A stretch of DNA of 64,000 bases from Bacillota bacterium. GTDB lineage: Bacteria; Bacillota; JAAYKD01. Shown here piece by piece: positions 1 through 9,778 of this stretch (its first letter is position 1; each line of letters begins with the position of its first letter). Below the pieces are notes generated by a model that searched no databases, had not been told where the DNA came from, and saw only the letters and a program-made list of their open reading frames with translations. A program made the position numbers and the translations under genes. The DNA lies in NCBI GenBank assembly GCA_963666425.2, contig OY762825.2:1568001-1632000 (forward strand), read 5' to 3'.

Positions 1-366
1 TTTCGGGCGGCCGTGGCCGGCGCGATCATTTCCAACTGGCTGACGCTCTGCTTGGTCAGCGACGCCAGTACCTATGGCGAAGGGCTGCACGGCGGTCCGG
101 CTTTCGATGATATCCCGGCTCTGATGGCTCGCAGCCCCATTCAATTTGTACGCCAAGTAGAAACTCCTCTCCTGCTTCTGCACGGCATGAATGATGTGCG
201 CTGCCCGCAGGATCAGACCGAACAATTCTATTATGCCCTCAAACGTCTTGGCAAAGAAACCGTCTATGTCAAATATCCGGAGCAATTCCACGGTTTTGTC
301 AAACCATCCTATATTGCGGATCGTTGGCAAAGAACCCTGGCTTGGTTCCAGAGTCATATCAAATAA
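1..366 (+). CDS. S9 family (prolyl oligopeptidase-like) peptidase, C-terminal part; truncated by window start
   Basis: TPLLLLHGMNDVRCP (catalytic Asp) and YPEQFHGF (catalytic His) motifs; similar to the C-terminus of 43158-45206. Confidence 0.85.
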   Translation, partial: FRAAVAGAIISNWLTLCLVSDASTYGEGLHGGPAFDDIPALMARSPIQFVRQVETPLLLLHGMNDVRCPQDQTEQFYYALKRLGKETVYVKYPEQFHGFVKPSYIADRWQRTLAWFQSHIK

Positions 367-381
367 GGTGAGTGATACAAA

Positions 382-1359
382 ATGAAACAGGAATTTGAAC
401 AACATACCAGCAGCGGCAGCAATCCGTCGGACAATATGGATGAACTGCGCGATTTACAACAGAAAGGTGAACGCGCCGCTAAAATTGAAACCATGCTGCT
501 GGAATTGGAAGACGAACTGGAAGAAACCGAATTGGATGCGGATGAACGTCTGACCCAGCTGGAACGCGAAGAAGCCGATGTGAAACGCATAAAAGGATTG
601 GGTTTCAGCCGCTTTTTAGCCGGGATCAGCGGTGATTATTACGAGCGCCTGGATCAGGAGGAACGGGAAGCTGCCGAAGCTACCATTTACTACAATCAGG
701 CGGTGGATCGAATCGAAGATATCAAGCTGCAGATTCAGCAGCTGAAACAGGAACAGGCAGACTGCCAGGTCGCGGCTGAGCGCTATCATTGGTTGCTGAA
801 AGCCAAGCAAAAAGAAAGCCAAACGAAAGGCGGCAGCCCGGCAGGCAAGATTGCCGCGCTGCAGGAAGCCATTGACCTGTGCAAGCGAAATCAGCGCGAA
901 TTACAGGAAGCGATCTCTGCCGGTGAAGCGGCCAAAGCCAGTCTGCTGCTCGTCATCCAAAGTTTGAACAGCGCTTCCGGCTGGGGAATCTTCGATATGG
1001 TGGGCGGCGGTCTGCTGGCTACTTTGGTCAAGCACTCACACATTGATGAAGCAAAGCGCCAAGTTACTGCCGCAGAAAATAACCTGCGCCGCTTTCATAC
1101 CGAACTGTTGGATACGCCGATCTCCGCCCAATTGCAGATTGATACCGACGGTTTTATGAAATTTGCCGATTTCTTTATGGATGGCTTCCTCTTTGATTTT
1201 TTCATGCAGGCAAAAATCAATACAGCCAGAGAAAATGTGCAGACCGTAACGGATTCCGTGCAGGAATATCTGCTCGACTTAAACGAATTAAGGCAAACCG
1301 AGCTGCAGGAAGAAGAACGCTTGCAACTGCAGCTGGAAGACTTGATTTTAGAGAAATAA
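382..1359 (+). CDS. Hypothetical coiled-coil protein
   Basis: 325-aa ORF with an AGGTGAG RBS; E/Q/L-rich heptads with two short hydrophobic segments. Confidence 0.75.
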   Translation: MKQEFEQHTSSGSNPSDNMDELRDLQQKGERAAKIETMLLELEDELEETELDADERLTQLEREEADVKRIKGLGFSRFLAGISGDYYERLDQEEREAAEATIYYNQAVDRIEDIKLQIQQLKQEQADCQVAAERYHWLLKAKQKESQTKGGSPAGKIAALQEAIDLCKRNQRELQEAISAGEAAKASLLLVIQSLNSASGWGIFDMVGGGLLATLVKHSHIDEAKRQVTAAENNLRRFHTELLDTPISAQLQIDTDGFMKFADFFMDGFLFDFFMQAKINTARENVQTVTDSVQEYLLDLNELRQTELQEEERLQLQLEDLILEK

Positions 1360-1414
1360 TCAGCCTTGAGTAAAGCAGGCCAAATCCCATTGAAAGACCG
1401 GAAGTGATGCGTAT

Positions 1415-2074
1415 ATGAAAAGAAAAGCAACCTGGCTGGTCGCGCTGCCATTGATTTTGTTTGTTCTGTTGGCCATCAGTATCGCAGCTGGCATCACGGT
1501 AGGATTTGAAGGCTGGGCTTACAATGAGACCATCGAACATATGTCTCCCCTGCTGACCGCGCTCGTCAAAGTCATTACGCACATCGGTGATGCGAGCAGT
1601 GTGATCTCCTTCTGCCTTTTACTGTTCGCCCTGCCGAAATCGAGACGAAGCATTGCGATTCCTGTTTCCGTTACGGTCATCATCTCGACCATCCTCAATG
1701 TTTTACTAAAAAATCTATTTACCAGACAGCGTCCGGATATTTTACGCTTGATTAACGAGCTGAGTTATAGTTTTCCCAGCGGCCATGCCATGAACAACGC
1801 CGCGCTTTATACGATCCTGATCCTGATGATTTTCCGCTCTGTTAAAAATCCCGTCCGGAAATACAGCTTAATCGCTCTCTGCGTCGTGCTGAACCTCAGC
1901 ATTGGTTTGAGCCGCATCTATCTGGGCGTGCATTATGCGGGCGATGTTTTAGGCGGCTGGCTGATTGGCTTTGCCGTTGCGGTGCTGGTTGATCTCTTTT
2001 GGCAAGAACAAAGTTTATCAAAGCAAAGCAGCACAGCACGCCTGCAAAGGAAGCAACACAGAACCAGAGAGTAA
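1415..2074 (+). CDS. PAP2 family membrane phosphatase (undecaprenyl-PP phosphatase-like)
   Basis: KxxxxRxRP, SFPSGH and SRIYLGVHYxxD motifs; several TM segments. Confidence 0.9.
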   Translation: MKRKATWLVALPLILFVLLAISIAAGITVGFEGWAYNETIEHMSPLLTALVKVITHIGDASSVISFCLLLFALPKSRRSIAIPVSVTVIISTILNVLLKNLFTRQRPDILRLINELSYSFPSGHAMNNAALYTILILMIFRSVKNPVRKYSLIALCVVLNLSIGLSRIYLGVHYAGDVLGGWLIGFAVAVLVDLFWQEQSLSKQSSTARLQRKQHRTRE

Positions 2075-2167
2075 GTTTTTACATCAAATGAAACAACAGG
2101 GGCAAAATGCTGCAATAACGCAGAATTTTGCCCCTGTTCCTTTTCTTGTATGCCTGGTTGTGGATCT

Positions 2168-5100
2168 TTACACTGCTTTCATCTCCAGCAGAACCCTGCT
2201 ATCTCCCACCGCTACTTCTCTGCTGTTCGGCCAGCCCTGTGCTGTCAACAGCAGCGAATCTGTCAAAGTCTCCTGCTGCAGTTGCTTGCCGAAACGCTCG
2301 ATGGCCTGCCGGATGGCCGGCTCTGCCGACGAAACGCTGAGCTGGATGTGCATCTCAATTTGCAAACCGATCTCTTTGCGCATCACCTGGCACTGCCGCA
2401 AAACCTCCCGGTAATATCCTTCCTCTACCAAAGTGTCCGTCAGCACGGTATCGAGCGCGACCTGTAAGGCGCCGTCTTTCGCTAAAAGAATCCCTGCTTT
2501 GCTCTCCTGCTTGACGGTAAAGAGTTCCGCTGCCAGAGGCTGATCGTAATCGGTCAGGTTCACCGCCTTACCGGCCAAAACGCTGCACGCTGCCTGTTCC
2601 TGCTCTGCCGCAGAGGCTGTCTGCAGCAATTGCTGAACTTTGTGTAAATCGGTTTTCAAGATCTGTCCGGCCGTCCTGAAATTTAAACTTAAGCGATTGC
2701 TTTGCAATTGCGCGGCATCGGTCAAAAAGACAAGTTGTTTGACATTTAACTCATCCAAAATGATTGCTTCATAGAGCCGAATCGCGGCCGCCGCTTCCGG
2801 CTGGCAGACGAGATAGAGAACGGCCAAGGGCTGACGAACTTTGATCTGCGCTTCATTGCGCAGCTTCAGCGCCAAGGTAACCACCTGCCGTGCCACTTCA
2901 GCCTGCTGCAGACGGTTAGAGTCGGTTGCTGCCACAGCGGGGAAATCGCTGAGATGGACAGAAGCAGTTTCCTGCGGTTCGTAAACGCGGATCAAATCCT
3001 GCCAGAGAGACTCCGTCAGGAAGGGCAGGATCGGCGCCATGATTTGAATCATTGTTTTGATCGCACGGTAGAGCACCGTAAAGGCGGCGCTCTCTTCCTG
3101 CCAGAAACGGCGGCGATTGCTGCGCACATACCAATTGGAAAGGTCCTCTACACAGAGTTCGAAGGCTTTGACCACGTCGGAGGTCTTATAATTTTCATAG
3201 GCTGCTTTTGCGTCCGCGCTGAATTTAGCGATGCGCGCTGCCAGCCAGTGATCGCTTTCCTGCCAACCCGTCTCGCAGTGTAAATCGACCTGACTCAGAG
3301 AAGCGTAGGTCTCGAAGAAGACGCAGATTTGCCAGAAACCCATGATTTTACGTTTGGCCTCTTCGCCTAAAGTATAGCCAAAACGCACATCGCTGGCCGT
3401 ACCGGCTCCGGCAAAGAGATAACGAATCACATCCGCTCCCAGCCGGTCTGCCGCTTCATCAAAGCGGATCATGAAACCGGTTTTGGAAAAATGGGTGCCG
3501 TCTTCCGAAACCACGCTGCTGTAGCCCAGGACGCGTTCATACGGCGCCCGGCCGGTCAGCGTGACGCTCATGAACAACTGCGAATAAAACCAGAGGCGCA
3601 CTTGCTCCTGCATTTCCGTCACCCATTCGGCCGGAAACCAACGCTGCCATTCTTCGCGGTTGCTGAAATAGCCAAGGGTGGAAAAGGGAACGATGCCGGC
3701 ATCCAGCCAGACATCGCCGACTTCCGTGATACGCTGCACCGGAGCGCCGCAATGCGGGCAGGTGATGCGGATGCTGTCGATCCAGGGCCGATGCAGCTCG
3801 GGTAAGTCGTCTACCGCCGGACCGCCCAGTTCGCGCAGCTCGGCCTTGGAACCGACCACCGTCAGATGACCGCACTGTTCGCAGGGGTAGAAGGGCAAAG
3901 GTAAACCATAATAACGCTTGCGGGAGATATTCCAATCGCCCATATTCTGCAGCCAATCCTCCATCCGCTTGCCGATATGGGCGGGTTCCCATTTGACCGT
4001 CCGGGCAGCTCCCAGCAATTTTGGCCGAATGGCATCGGTGCGAATCACCCAGGAAGGTACCAGGCGGAAGAGTACTTCCTGCTTACAGCGCCAGCAGACC
4101 GGATAGGAGTGCGTATACTCCATTGTTTTATACAGTTTACCCGCCTGCTGCAGCTGAGCAAAGATCACCGGTGCGGCTTCTGCCGCGGTTAACCCTTGGA
4201 AAGGCGCATACTCCGCCGTTAAAATGCCGTTATCGTCAATCGGACAAAGCTGCGGCAGCTGCAGTTTTTGCCCCAATTCAAAGTCTTCCGCTCCGCAGCC
4301 GGGGGCGATATGCACGACGCCGCTGCCTTCTTCCGCCGCAACATCCTCCCAAGCAACAATACGATGTTCAAAATTCTGCAGCTCAAGCTCCGGAAAACAG
4401 GTTTCATAATGCAATCCCACCAGTTCAGTCCCCGGTAAAAGACGCAAGACCTGTTTTTCGCCGTCAATGTATTTCAAGGCGGTTTTCGCCAGCACCAGCG
4501 GTCTCGCCGCACCGGGCAGCTGCACCAGGGCATAGGTCAGAGACGGATTGACCGCCAGGGCCACATTGGCCGTCAAGGTCCAGGGTGTGGTGGTCCAAAC
4601 CAGGATATCGAAGTTTTGCTCCTGCACCGGCAATTTAACAAAGACCGAGGTATGGGTTACTTCGCGATGAGAGCCGGACATCTCATGCTCGGACAGCGAG
4701 GTACCGCAGCGCGGACACCAGGGTACCGGTCGGTAACTTTTATCCAGCCAGCCATTCTCAGCGCAGGTCTTTAAAAAATACCAGATGGCTGTGATGTTTT
4801 CGTCCGTATGGGTGAAATAAGAATGCTCCCAGTCCATCCATTGACCCAAGCGGATGGATTGCTGTGTAATGATACCGGAATATTTGGCAACCCGCTCTTC
4901 ACACTTGCGGGTGAAACGGTCCATGCCATAGGCTTCAATATCGCGTTTGCCGGCAAAGCCCAATTCTTTCTCCACTTCCACCTCAACCCACAGGCCCTGC
5001 GCATCAAAGCCGTTGCGGTAAAGACAGCTTTGTCCGTTCATTGCCTTGTAACGCAGTGTGATATCCTTTAAGCTGCGGCCCCAGGCATGATGCACACCCA

Positions 5101-5248
5101 TGGGATTATTGGCTGTGATCGGTCCATCGATGAAGCGGAACGGTTTACCGTTTTTGTTTTTTTCCTGTAAGGCAGCAAAGGTTTGCTCATCCTGCCATAA
5201 TTTCAGGATCTCCTGTTCCATCTGGGGAAAATCCAGTGTGTTTTTCAT
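2168..5248 (-). CDS. ileS: Isoleucine--tRNA ligase, type 2
   Basis: DGPITAN, GFDAQGLWVE, WTTTPWTL, GSGVVHIAP and DWNISRKRYYG motifs; upstream T-box with AUC specifier; ATG at 5248 follows a GAGGG RBS. Confidence 0.95.
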   Translation of the reverse strand: MKNTLDFPQMEQEILKLWQDEQTFAALQEKNKNGKPFRFIDGPITANNPMGVHHAWGRSLKDITLRYKAMNGQSCLYRNGFDAQGLWVEVEVEKELGFAGKRDIEAYGMDRFTRKCEERVAKYSGIITQQSIRLGQWMDWEHSYFTHTDENITAIWYFLKTCAENGWLDKSYRPVPWCPRCGTSLSEHEMSGSHREVTHTSVFVKLPVQEQNFDILVWTTTPWTLTANVALAVNPSLTYALVQLPGAARPLVLAKTALKYIDGEKQVLRLLPGTELVGLHYETCFPELELQNFEHRIVAWEDVAAEEGSGVVHIAPGCGAEDFELGQKLQLPQLCPIDDNGILTAEYAPFQGLTAAEAAPVIFAQLQQAGKLYKTMEYTHSYPVCWRCKQEVLFRLVPSWVIRTDAIRPKLLGAARTVKWEPAHIGKRMEDWLQNMGDWNISRKRYYGLPLPFYPCEQCGHLTVVGSKAELRELGGPAVDDLPELHRPWIDSIRITCPHCGAPVQRITEVGDVWLDAGIVPFSTLGYFSNREEWQRWFPAEWVTEMQEQVRLWFYSQLFMSVTLTGRAPYERVLGYSSVVSEDGTHFSKTGFMIRFDEAADRLGADVIRYLFAGAGTASDVRFGYTLGEEAKRKIMGFWQICVFFETYASLSQVDLHCETGWQESDHWLAARIAKFSADAKAAYENYKTSDVVKAFELCVEDLSNWYVRSNRRRFWQEESAAFTVLYRAIKTMIQIMAPILPFLTESLWQDLIRVYEPQETASVHLSDFPAVAATDSNRLQQAEVARQVVTLALKLRNEAQIKVRQPLAVLYLVCQPEAAAAIRLYEAIILDELNVKQLVFLTDAAQLQSNRLSLNFRTAGQILKTDLHKVQQLLQTASAAEQEQAACSVLAGKAVNLTDYDQPLAAELFTVKQESKAGILLAKDGALQVALDTVLTDTLVEEGYYREVLRQCQVMRKEIGLQIEMHIQLSVSSAEPAIRQAIERFGKQLQQETLTDSLLLTAQGWPNSREVAVGDSRVLLEMKAV

Positions 5249-5395
5249 TTTTCTGCACCCTCTCTTGTTCTTCAATTTAAAAATAACAGCCAAAATCCAG
5301 AATCATCCCGGCTCTGTTCAGCAAACTGCCCATTGCCTAATCGCCTCCTTCTCGGTGAGACCGCCGGCTCTGCAACGCCAAGATCCGCTGAGGAT

Positions 5396-5648
5396 ATAAA
5401 AAAAGCCTTCGTCCCCATAACAGGACGAAAGCTGATTGCGTTCGTTTGAAACCACCTATTACAACATACCAACATATGCGTTTCCTGATAACGGGGAAAA
5501 ACCGTCAGAGCCTACCGGCAGAGTGATCTGCTTTCGGTCTGAGACTCGGAAGTGATTTTCATCCGGCAGCTACTCGTATCGGGCTCGCACTCTCCCCGAC
5601 TCGCTGTTGCTTTGGCTGATGGCGGATTACTCTCTTCCTCACTGTCAT
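5396..5648 (-). ncRNA. T-box riboswitch (Ile, specifier AUC) with intrinsic terminator
   Basis: Minus strand shows AGAGAGTA, CAGCGAG...GAGTGCGAG stem I apex, GAAAATCAC specifier loop (AUC at 5554-5556), CCGTTA, T-box-like AATAGGTGGTTTCAAACG, then hairpin CTTTCGTCC...GGACGAAGG plus T-run. Confidence 0.9.
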
Positions 5649-5655
5649 TATGCCT

Positions 5656-5684
5656 ATTGTAATGGCTGTAGGCAAGCTTGTCAA
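5656..5684 (-). promoter_or_regulatory. Sigma-A promoter of the ileS T-box leader
   Basis: TTGACA-N17-TACAAT immediately upstream of the T-box. Confidence 0.85.
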
Positions 5685-5743
5685 CTGGATTTTTTGCTTT
5701 GCCAATAACAGAAAGTCCTGACAAGAAAAAGATGCGGTTCTGA

Positions 5744-6469
5744 TTAACGGATCCTGGCTTTAAAACACAGCCCACGTTGATGACTGCCCTCGAGATAGAA
5801 CGTCTCTCCCGCTTCGGCCTGACAGCCTTGCAGCTGCAGCACATCTCCCGCAAAAGCTTCGCTGACATATTGGATCTGCAGCTGGCTGAAGCGATGTTCT
5901 GTGGGCGCCAACGGCCAAAAATCGCTGAGAATGTCCGCATAGATCGTATTGTTCAAGTGACTGTTATAATCCAAATCGGAATAATAAATAGTGCGGCTGC
6001 CGAGCGGAGACAAGTCAGCCGGCATTTTCATATTTTCTACTTGTAAAGCAGCATCCGGCTGACGATCTTCAAACACGCCCAAACGATAAAAAGCAGCGGG
6101 GCGCAGCAGACGATGCGTATTGACATCGGCCAGCACACTAAGCTGCAGAAGATTACCGATTTCCTCCCCGGCGGCATATAGGTGGAACGAACGATAAAAA
6201 TGCGCGCCGAGGTTGCCCAGCGGTTCTGTGATAATTGTTAAATTTTCTCCGAAACAGGGTTGACGCCGCAGGTTCAGCAGATTCGTCGTCAGCAAAAAGG
6301 CCATGCCTTCGGCTGCCAATTGGTTGTGGTCCATGCCAAAGGCAGCCACATGCTCCTCGCAAATTTCCTGAAACATGCGCAGCAGCGCGGAAGGTTTCAT
6401 CAAGTTGCCTGGTCCCACCTGAAAAACAGCTACGGTGACTTGACGTTGATACTGCTTTGCTGAAGTCAA
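5744..6469 (-). CDS. Acyl-ACP thioesterase family protein
   Basis: YSDLDYNSHLNNTIY catalytic motif; size fits a double hotdog fold. Confidence 0.85.
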   Translation of the reverse strand: MTSAKQYQRQVTVAVFQVGPGNLMKPSALLRMFQEICEEHVAAFGMDHNQLAAEGMAFLLTTNLLNLRRQPCFGENLTIITEPLGNLGAHFYRSFHLYAAGEEIGNLLQLSVLADVNTHRLLRPAAFYRLGVFEDRQPDAALQVENMKMPADLSPLGSRTIYYSDLDYNSHLNNTIYADILSDFWPLAPTEHRFSQLQIQYVSEAFAGDVLQLQGCQAEAGETFYLEGSHQRGLCFKARIR

Positions 6470-6549
6470 AACGCCTCACTCCTCTACTTTCAATACTGCT
6501 CTTTGCATGATCTCATCAAAAAGCGGCAGTCTTGCACTGCCGCCGCATT

Positions 6550-7161
6550 TCATTCGGGTTTCCGGTTGATTCGATCCTCTGCGATTTGCAGAGGCGGTCC
6601 CTGCAGCAAGAGAAAACGATCGGCTACCTGCGCCGCCTCTTCCCGGTCGTGACTTACCCAAACGACCAGCCGTTGCTTACCTTCTGCCATAATCACCTGC
6701 CATAATTGGCGGCGCTGCAGTTCATCCAAGCCTTTTAGCGGTTCGTCGAGCAAGAGTGCATCCCCATCATAGCACAAAGCGCGTCCCAAAGCCAGTCTGC
6801 GTTTCATCCCGCCGGATAATTCAGCCGGATATCGCCTAGCTTCGCTGAGCAAACCTAATTGCTCCAGCCGTCGGTTCACCTCTGCCAATCCGCCGGGAGG
6901 CCGGCAGACGAGAATATTCTGCAGCACATTCAACTGCGGCAGCAGCCTGTCTTCCTGAAACATCATGGCCGGCCGCTGAAATCCATCCCGGATGCTGCCG
7001 CTGTCCGCTTGCTCCAGACCCACCAGCAGGCGCAGCAGCGTCGTTTTACCGCAGCCGGAGGGCCCCATCAGCACCACCACCCCGGATTTTGGCAATTCCA
7101 AAGAAAAATTTTGCAGGACCGGTCGGTCATCAAAACGGAAGTTAATATTTTCTAGTTTCAT
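6550..7161 (-). CDS. ABC transporter ATP-binding protein (NitT/TauT family)
   Basis: GPSGCGKTT, FQEDRLLP, LSGGMKRR and LLLDEP motifs; ATGA overlap with the permease. Confidence 0.9.
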   Translation of the reverse strand: MKLENINFRFDDRPVLQNFSLELPKSGVVVLMGPSGCGKTTLLRLLVGLEQADSGSIRDGFQRPAMMFQEDRLLPQLNVLQNILVCRPPGGLAEVNRRLEQLGLLSEARRYPAELSGGMKRRLALGRALCYDGDALLLDEPLKGLDELQRRQLWQVIMAEGKQRLVVWVSHDREEAAQVADRFLLLQGPPLQIAEDRINRKPE

Positions 7162-7940
7162 TCCGCCGGCTTCCTCCATTTCTTTTGCAGCCAAACGCTG
7201 AGCAGAAATTCAAAGGCGATACTGATCGTGATCACAACAATCGTCCAAGCAAACAAATCCGCTGTCTCCAGATAAATTTTCGCCAAATATAACTTCGTAC
7301 CAATCCCCAGCCGCGGCAGGCTCAGCACCTCGGTAGCCACACCCGATTTCCAGGCAAAACCAAAGCCAACCAGACAGGCGGTGGTAAAAAACGGCTTGAT
7401 CGCCGGCAGATAGACCGTTCGCCATAAACGAAGCGTGGAAAAGCGATAAACCCAGGCCATCTCCAGTAAATTTTCATCCGCTTCTCTAATTCCGGTTTCC
7501 ACATTACTCCAAACCATCGGTAAAACCATCAAAAAACAGATGAACAGCGGCAGCGCATCGGAAGCAATCCAAATCAGGGCTAAAATCACAAAAGAAGCAA
7601 CCGGCGAGGCTTTGATGATATTCATCGGCAAAGCCACCACCTGACGCAATGCCGGAACAAAAGCAGTAAAAACAGCCAAAAGGCTGCCCAGCAGTACCGC
7701 CAAAGCATAACCCAGAAAGATACGCCGCAAAGAAGCCCAGACGGTATGCCAGAAGGATGCTTCCCCCAGAAGCTCTGCCAAACGCTGCAAAACCTGACCG
7801 GGAGAAGGCAGCAATAAGCTAAGATGCACTCTCGCGGCTGCAATCTGCCAGACAATAAACCAAAACAGCAAGGCGAGACAAAAGAAAAGGGCGGCAGAAC
7901 TCGGCCGCAGCGGTTTTCTCTTGCCGTTGTAAAGCTTCAT
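7158..7940 (-). CDS. ABC transporter permease (NitT/TauT family)
   Basis: LLPSP, multiple TM helices, GFAWKSGVATE. Confidence 0.9.
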   Translation of the reverse strand: MKLYNGKRKPLRPSSAALFFCLALLFWFIVWQIAAARVHLSLLLPSPGQVLQRLAELLGEASFWHTVWASLRRIFLGYALAVLLGSLLAVFTAFVPALRQVVALPMNIIKASPVASFVILALIWIASDALPLFICFLMVLPMVWSNVETGIREADENLLEMAWVYRFSTLRLWRTVYLPAIKPFFTTACLVGFGFAWKSGVATEVLSLPRLGIGTKLYLAKIYLETADLFAWTIVVITISIAFEFLLSVWLQKKWRKPAE

Positions 7941-7980
7941 CTACTCACCCTCCTCCTGTTTATTTAAAAACGGCGGGATT

Positions 7981-8961
7981 TTATTTGATATAAAGTTCAT
8001 TGCCCGGCAGCTTGCCGCCTACCGATTTGGCATCCGCGGCAAATAAAACCTGCAGACAATTGCCAGCCTTCGTTACCATTTCATCTCCGTCAATATAAAC
8101 AATGTTGCAGAAGGGAATCGCCGCTTTCGCTACCGCTTCTGGGATCACGTTGTATTGTGCGCTCAGAGCAGCCGCGGCATCGACATTTTCATTGGTATAG
8201 TCAACCGATGCGGCATATTCTGCCAGGAAAGCATCCACTGCTTTTTGGTTGGCTTGATAGAATTCTGTGCGCACCGCCAGACACCCCATGACCAAACTGC
8301 CGCCTTCCGGAGCAACGGCTTCCCATTCTTTTGTCATATCCAGTGCAATCCGAACCGCCTCACTCTTCTGCTGCACCGTAGTCACAAAAGGCTGCGGCAG
8401 CAGCGCCAGGTCAATTTGACCCTCCGCCAGTAAAGCAGCGACTTCGGCATGTTCGCTCTTATAAACAATCTGCACATCTTGACCTGGGATCAGGCCATTG
8501 GAAGTCAGAATATAATTCAAAGCATATTCCGGTGTGGAGGCTTGCCCGGTGGCATAAATGGTTTTCCCGCGCAGATCTTCTACCGAATGCACAGTATTGC
8601 CATTTTCAAGAATGAATAAGACACCCAAGGTATTGATCGCCGCCATTTTTACTTTACCTTCCGTTTTGTTGTAAAGCACAGCAGCCAAATTGGCGGGGAT
8701 CGCTGCGATATCCAATTCACCGGCAATCATTTTTGCGCTGATTTCTTCCGGCGCCCCGGCTAACGTAAAATCATACTGGTTGGCAGTTGTCTTTGCTTCT
8801 GCTTTCTGCATTAATTGCAGCATACCAAGGGCAGTCGGTCCTTTGAGAGCGCCGATACGGATGGCAATTTTCTCCGCCGGTTTTTGAGTGCAGCCGGCAA
8901 ACAGTGCTGCCACGAGGGCAATCAGCAGAGTGACGATCAGGATTTTCTTTGTTCTGTTCAA
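7981..8961 (-). CDS. ABC transporter substrate-binding lipoprotein (NitT/TauT family)
   Basis: Lipobox FAGC, ALKGPT; operonic with the permease and ATPase. Confidence 0.88.
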   Translation of the reverse strand: MNRTKKILIVTLLIALVAALFAGCTQKPAEKIAIRIGALKGPTALGMLQLMQKAEAKTTANQYDFTLAGAPEEISAKMIAGELDIAAIPANLAAVLYNKTEGKVKMAAINTLGVLFILENGNTVHSVEDLRGKTIYATGQASTPEYALNYILTSNGLIPGQDVQIVYKSEHAEVAALLAEGQIDLALLPQPFVTTVQQKSEAVRIALDMTKEWEAVAPEGGSLVMGCLAVRTEFYQANQKAVDAFLAEYAASVDYTNENVDAAAALSAQYNVIPEAVAKAAIPFCNIVYIDGDEMVTKAGNCLQVLFAADAKSVGGKLPGNELYIK

Positions 8962-8967
8962 TTGGAT

Positions 8968-9672
8968 CTACCTCCGTCCATTTATCTCTTTGATCTGGGA
9001 AATACCGCTCGGCAATCCGCTTTGCAGGCTCAAACTGCCATTCGCGTTTTCTATCAGCGTTCCGTCTGCTTTCAGCGCATCCAGCGCCCGGTAGAAAGTA
9101 GCTCGGCTCATATTCAGGCGTTTGCTCAGCTGCAGCCGGCTGCAGGGCAGAAAAAATTCATAGGTTTCACTGGCCGACGCTTGACTGGTCAGAAAAACCA
9201 ACAGGGCAGCCCGCGGCGTTGTGGCTGCAAAACCACTGATCTTTTGATTTAAAAAGATAATCCGACCGGACAGGAAGCTCAGGAAGTTACGGCAGATAGA
9301 AAACTCTTCCTGAAAAATCGCTTCCAGCTGCGCAGCCGATAAGAACATCACCAGCGATTTTTTCTCTGCTGTGACCTGAGAGACATAAGTTTCGTTCTCA
9401 TTGAACAACGAAGCAACACCAAACATCTGACCAGGCTGGATCGTATTCAATAAAACATCTGCTGTCGTACTGACCCGCAGGCACCCCGCTAAAACAATGC
9501 CAGCCGCCCGGCGAAAGTCATGCAGATCATAGACGCAAGTCCCTGCCACATACGATTCCAGGCTGTAACGCCCCTCCAGCAAATCAAGCAACCGTCCGGC
9601 TTCCACATTGTAAAACAACGGCGTCTGCTGCAGTTGCTTCACAAAATGGAACAAGCTGTTTTCTTGTTCCAC
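8968..9672 (-). CDS. Crp/Fnr family transcriptional regulator
   Basis: cNMP-like domain (PGQMFG) and C-terminal HTH (SRLQLSKRLNMSRATFYR). Confidence 0.88.
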   Translation of the reverse strand: MEQENSLFHFVKQLQQTPLFYNVEAGRLLDLLEGRYSLESYVAGTCVYDLHDFRRAAGIVLAGCLRVSTTADVLLNTIQPGQMFGVASLFNENETYVSQVTAEKKSLVMFLSAAQLEAIFQEEFSICRNFLSFLSGRIIFLNQKISGFAATTPRAALLVFLTSQASASETYEFFLPCSRLQLSKRLNMSRATFYRALDALKADGTLIENANGSLSLQSGLPSGISQIKEINGRR

Positions 9673-9714
9673 AGCCTCACCTCACAATGTCTCATATGAT
9701 ACATTTTCTTTTTT

Positions 9715-9743
9715 ATTGTAATCCATAAATAACATTTAGTCAA
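9715..9743 (-). promoter_or_regulatory. Sigma-A promoter of the Crp/Fnr-ABC operon
   Basis: TTGACT-N17-TACAAT. Confidence 0.7.
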
Positions 9744-9778
9744 GAGAAACCGTGCGAGAGAAACTGTCTGATTCTGCA

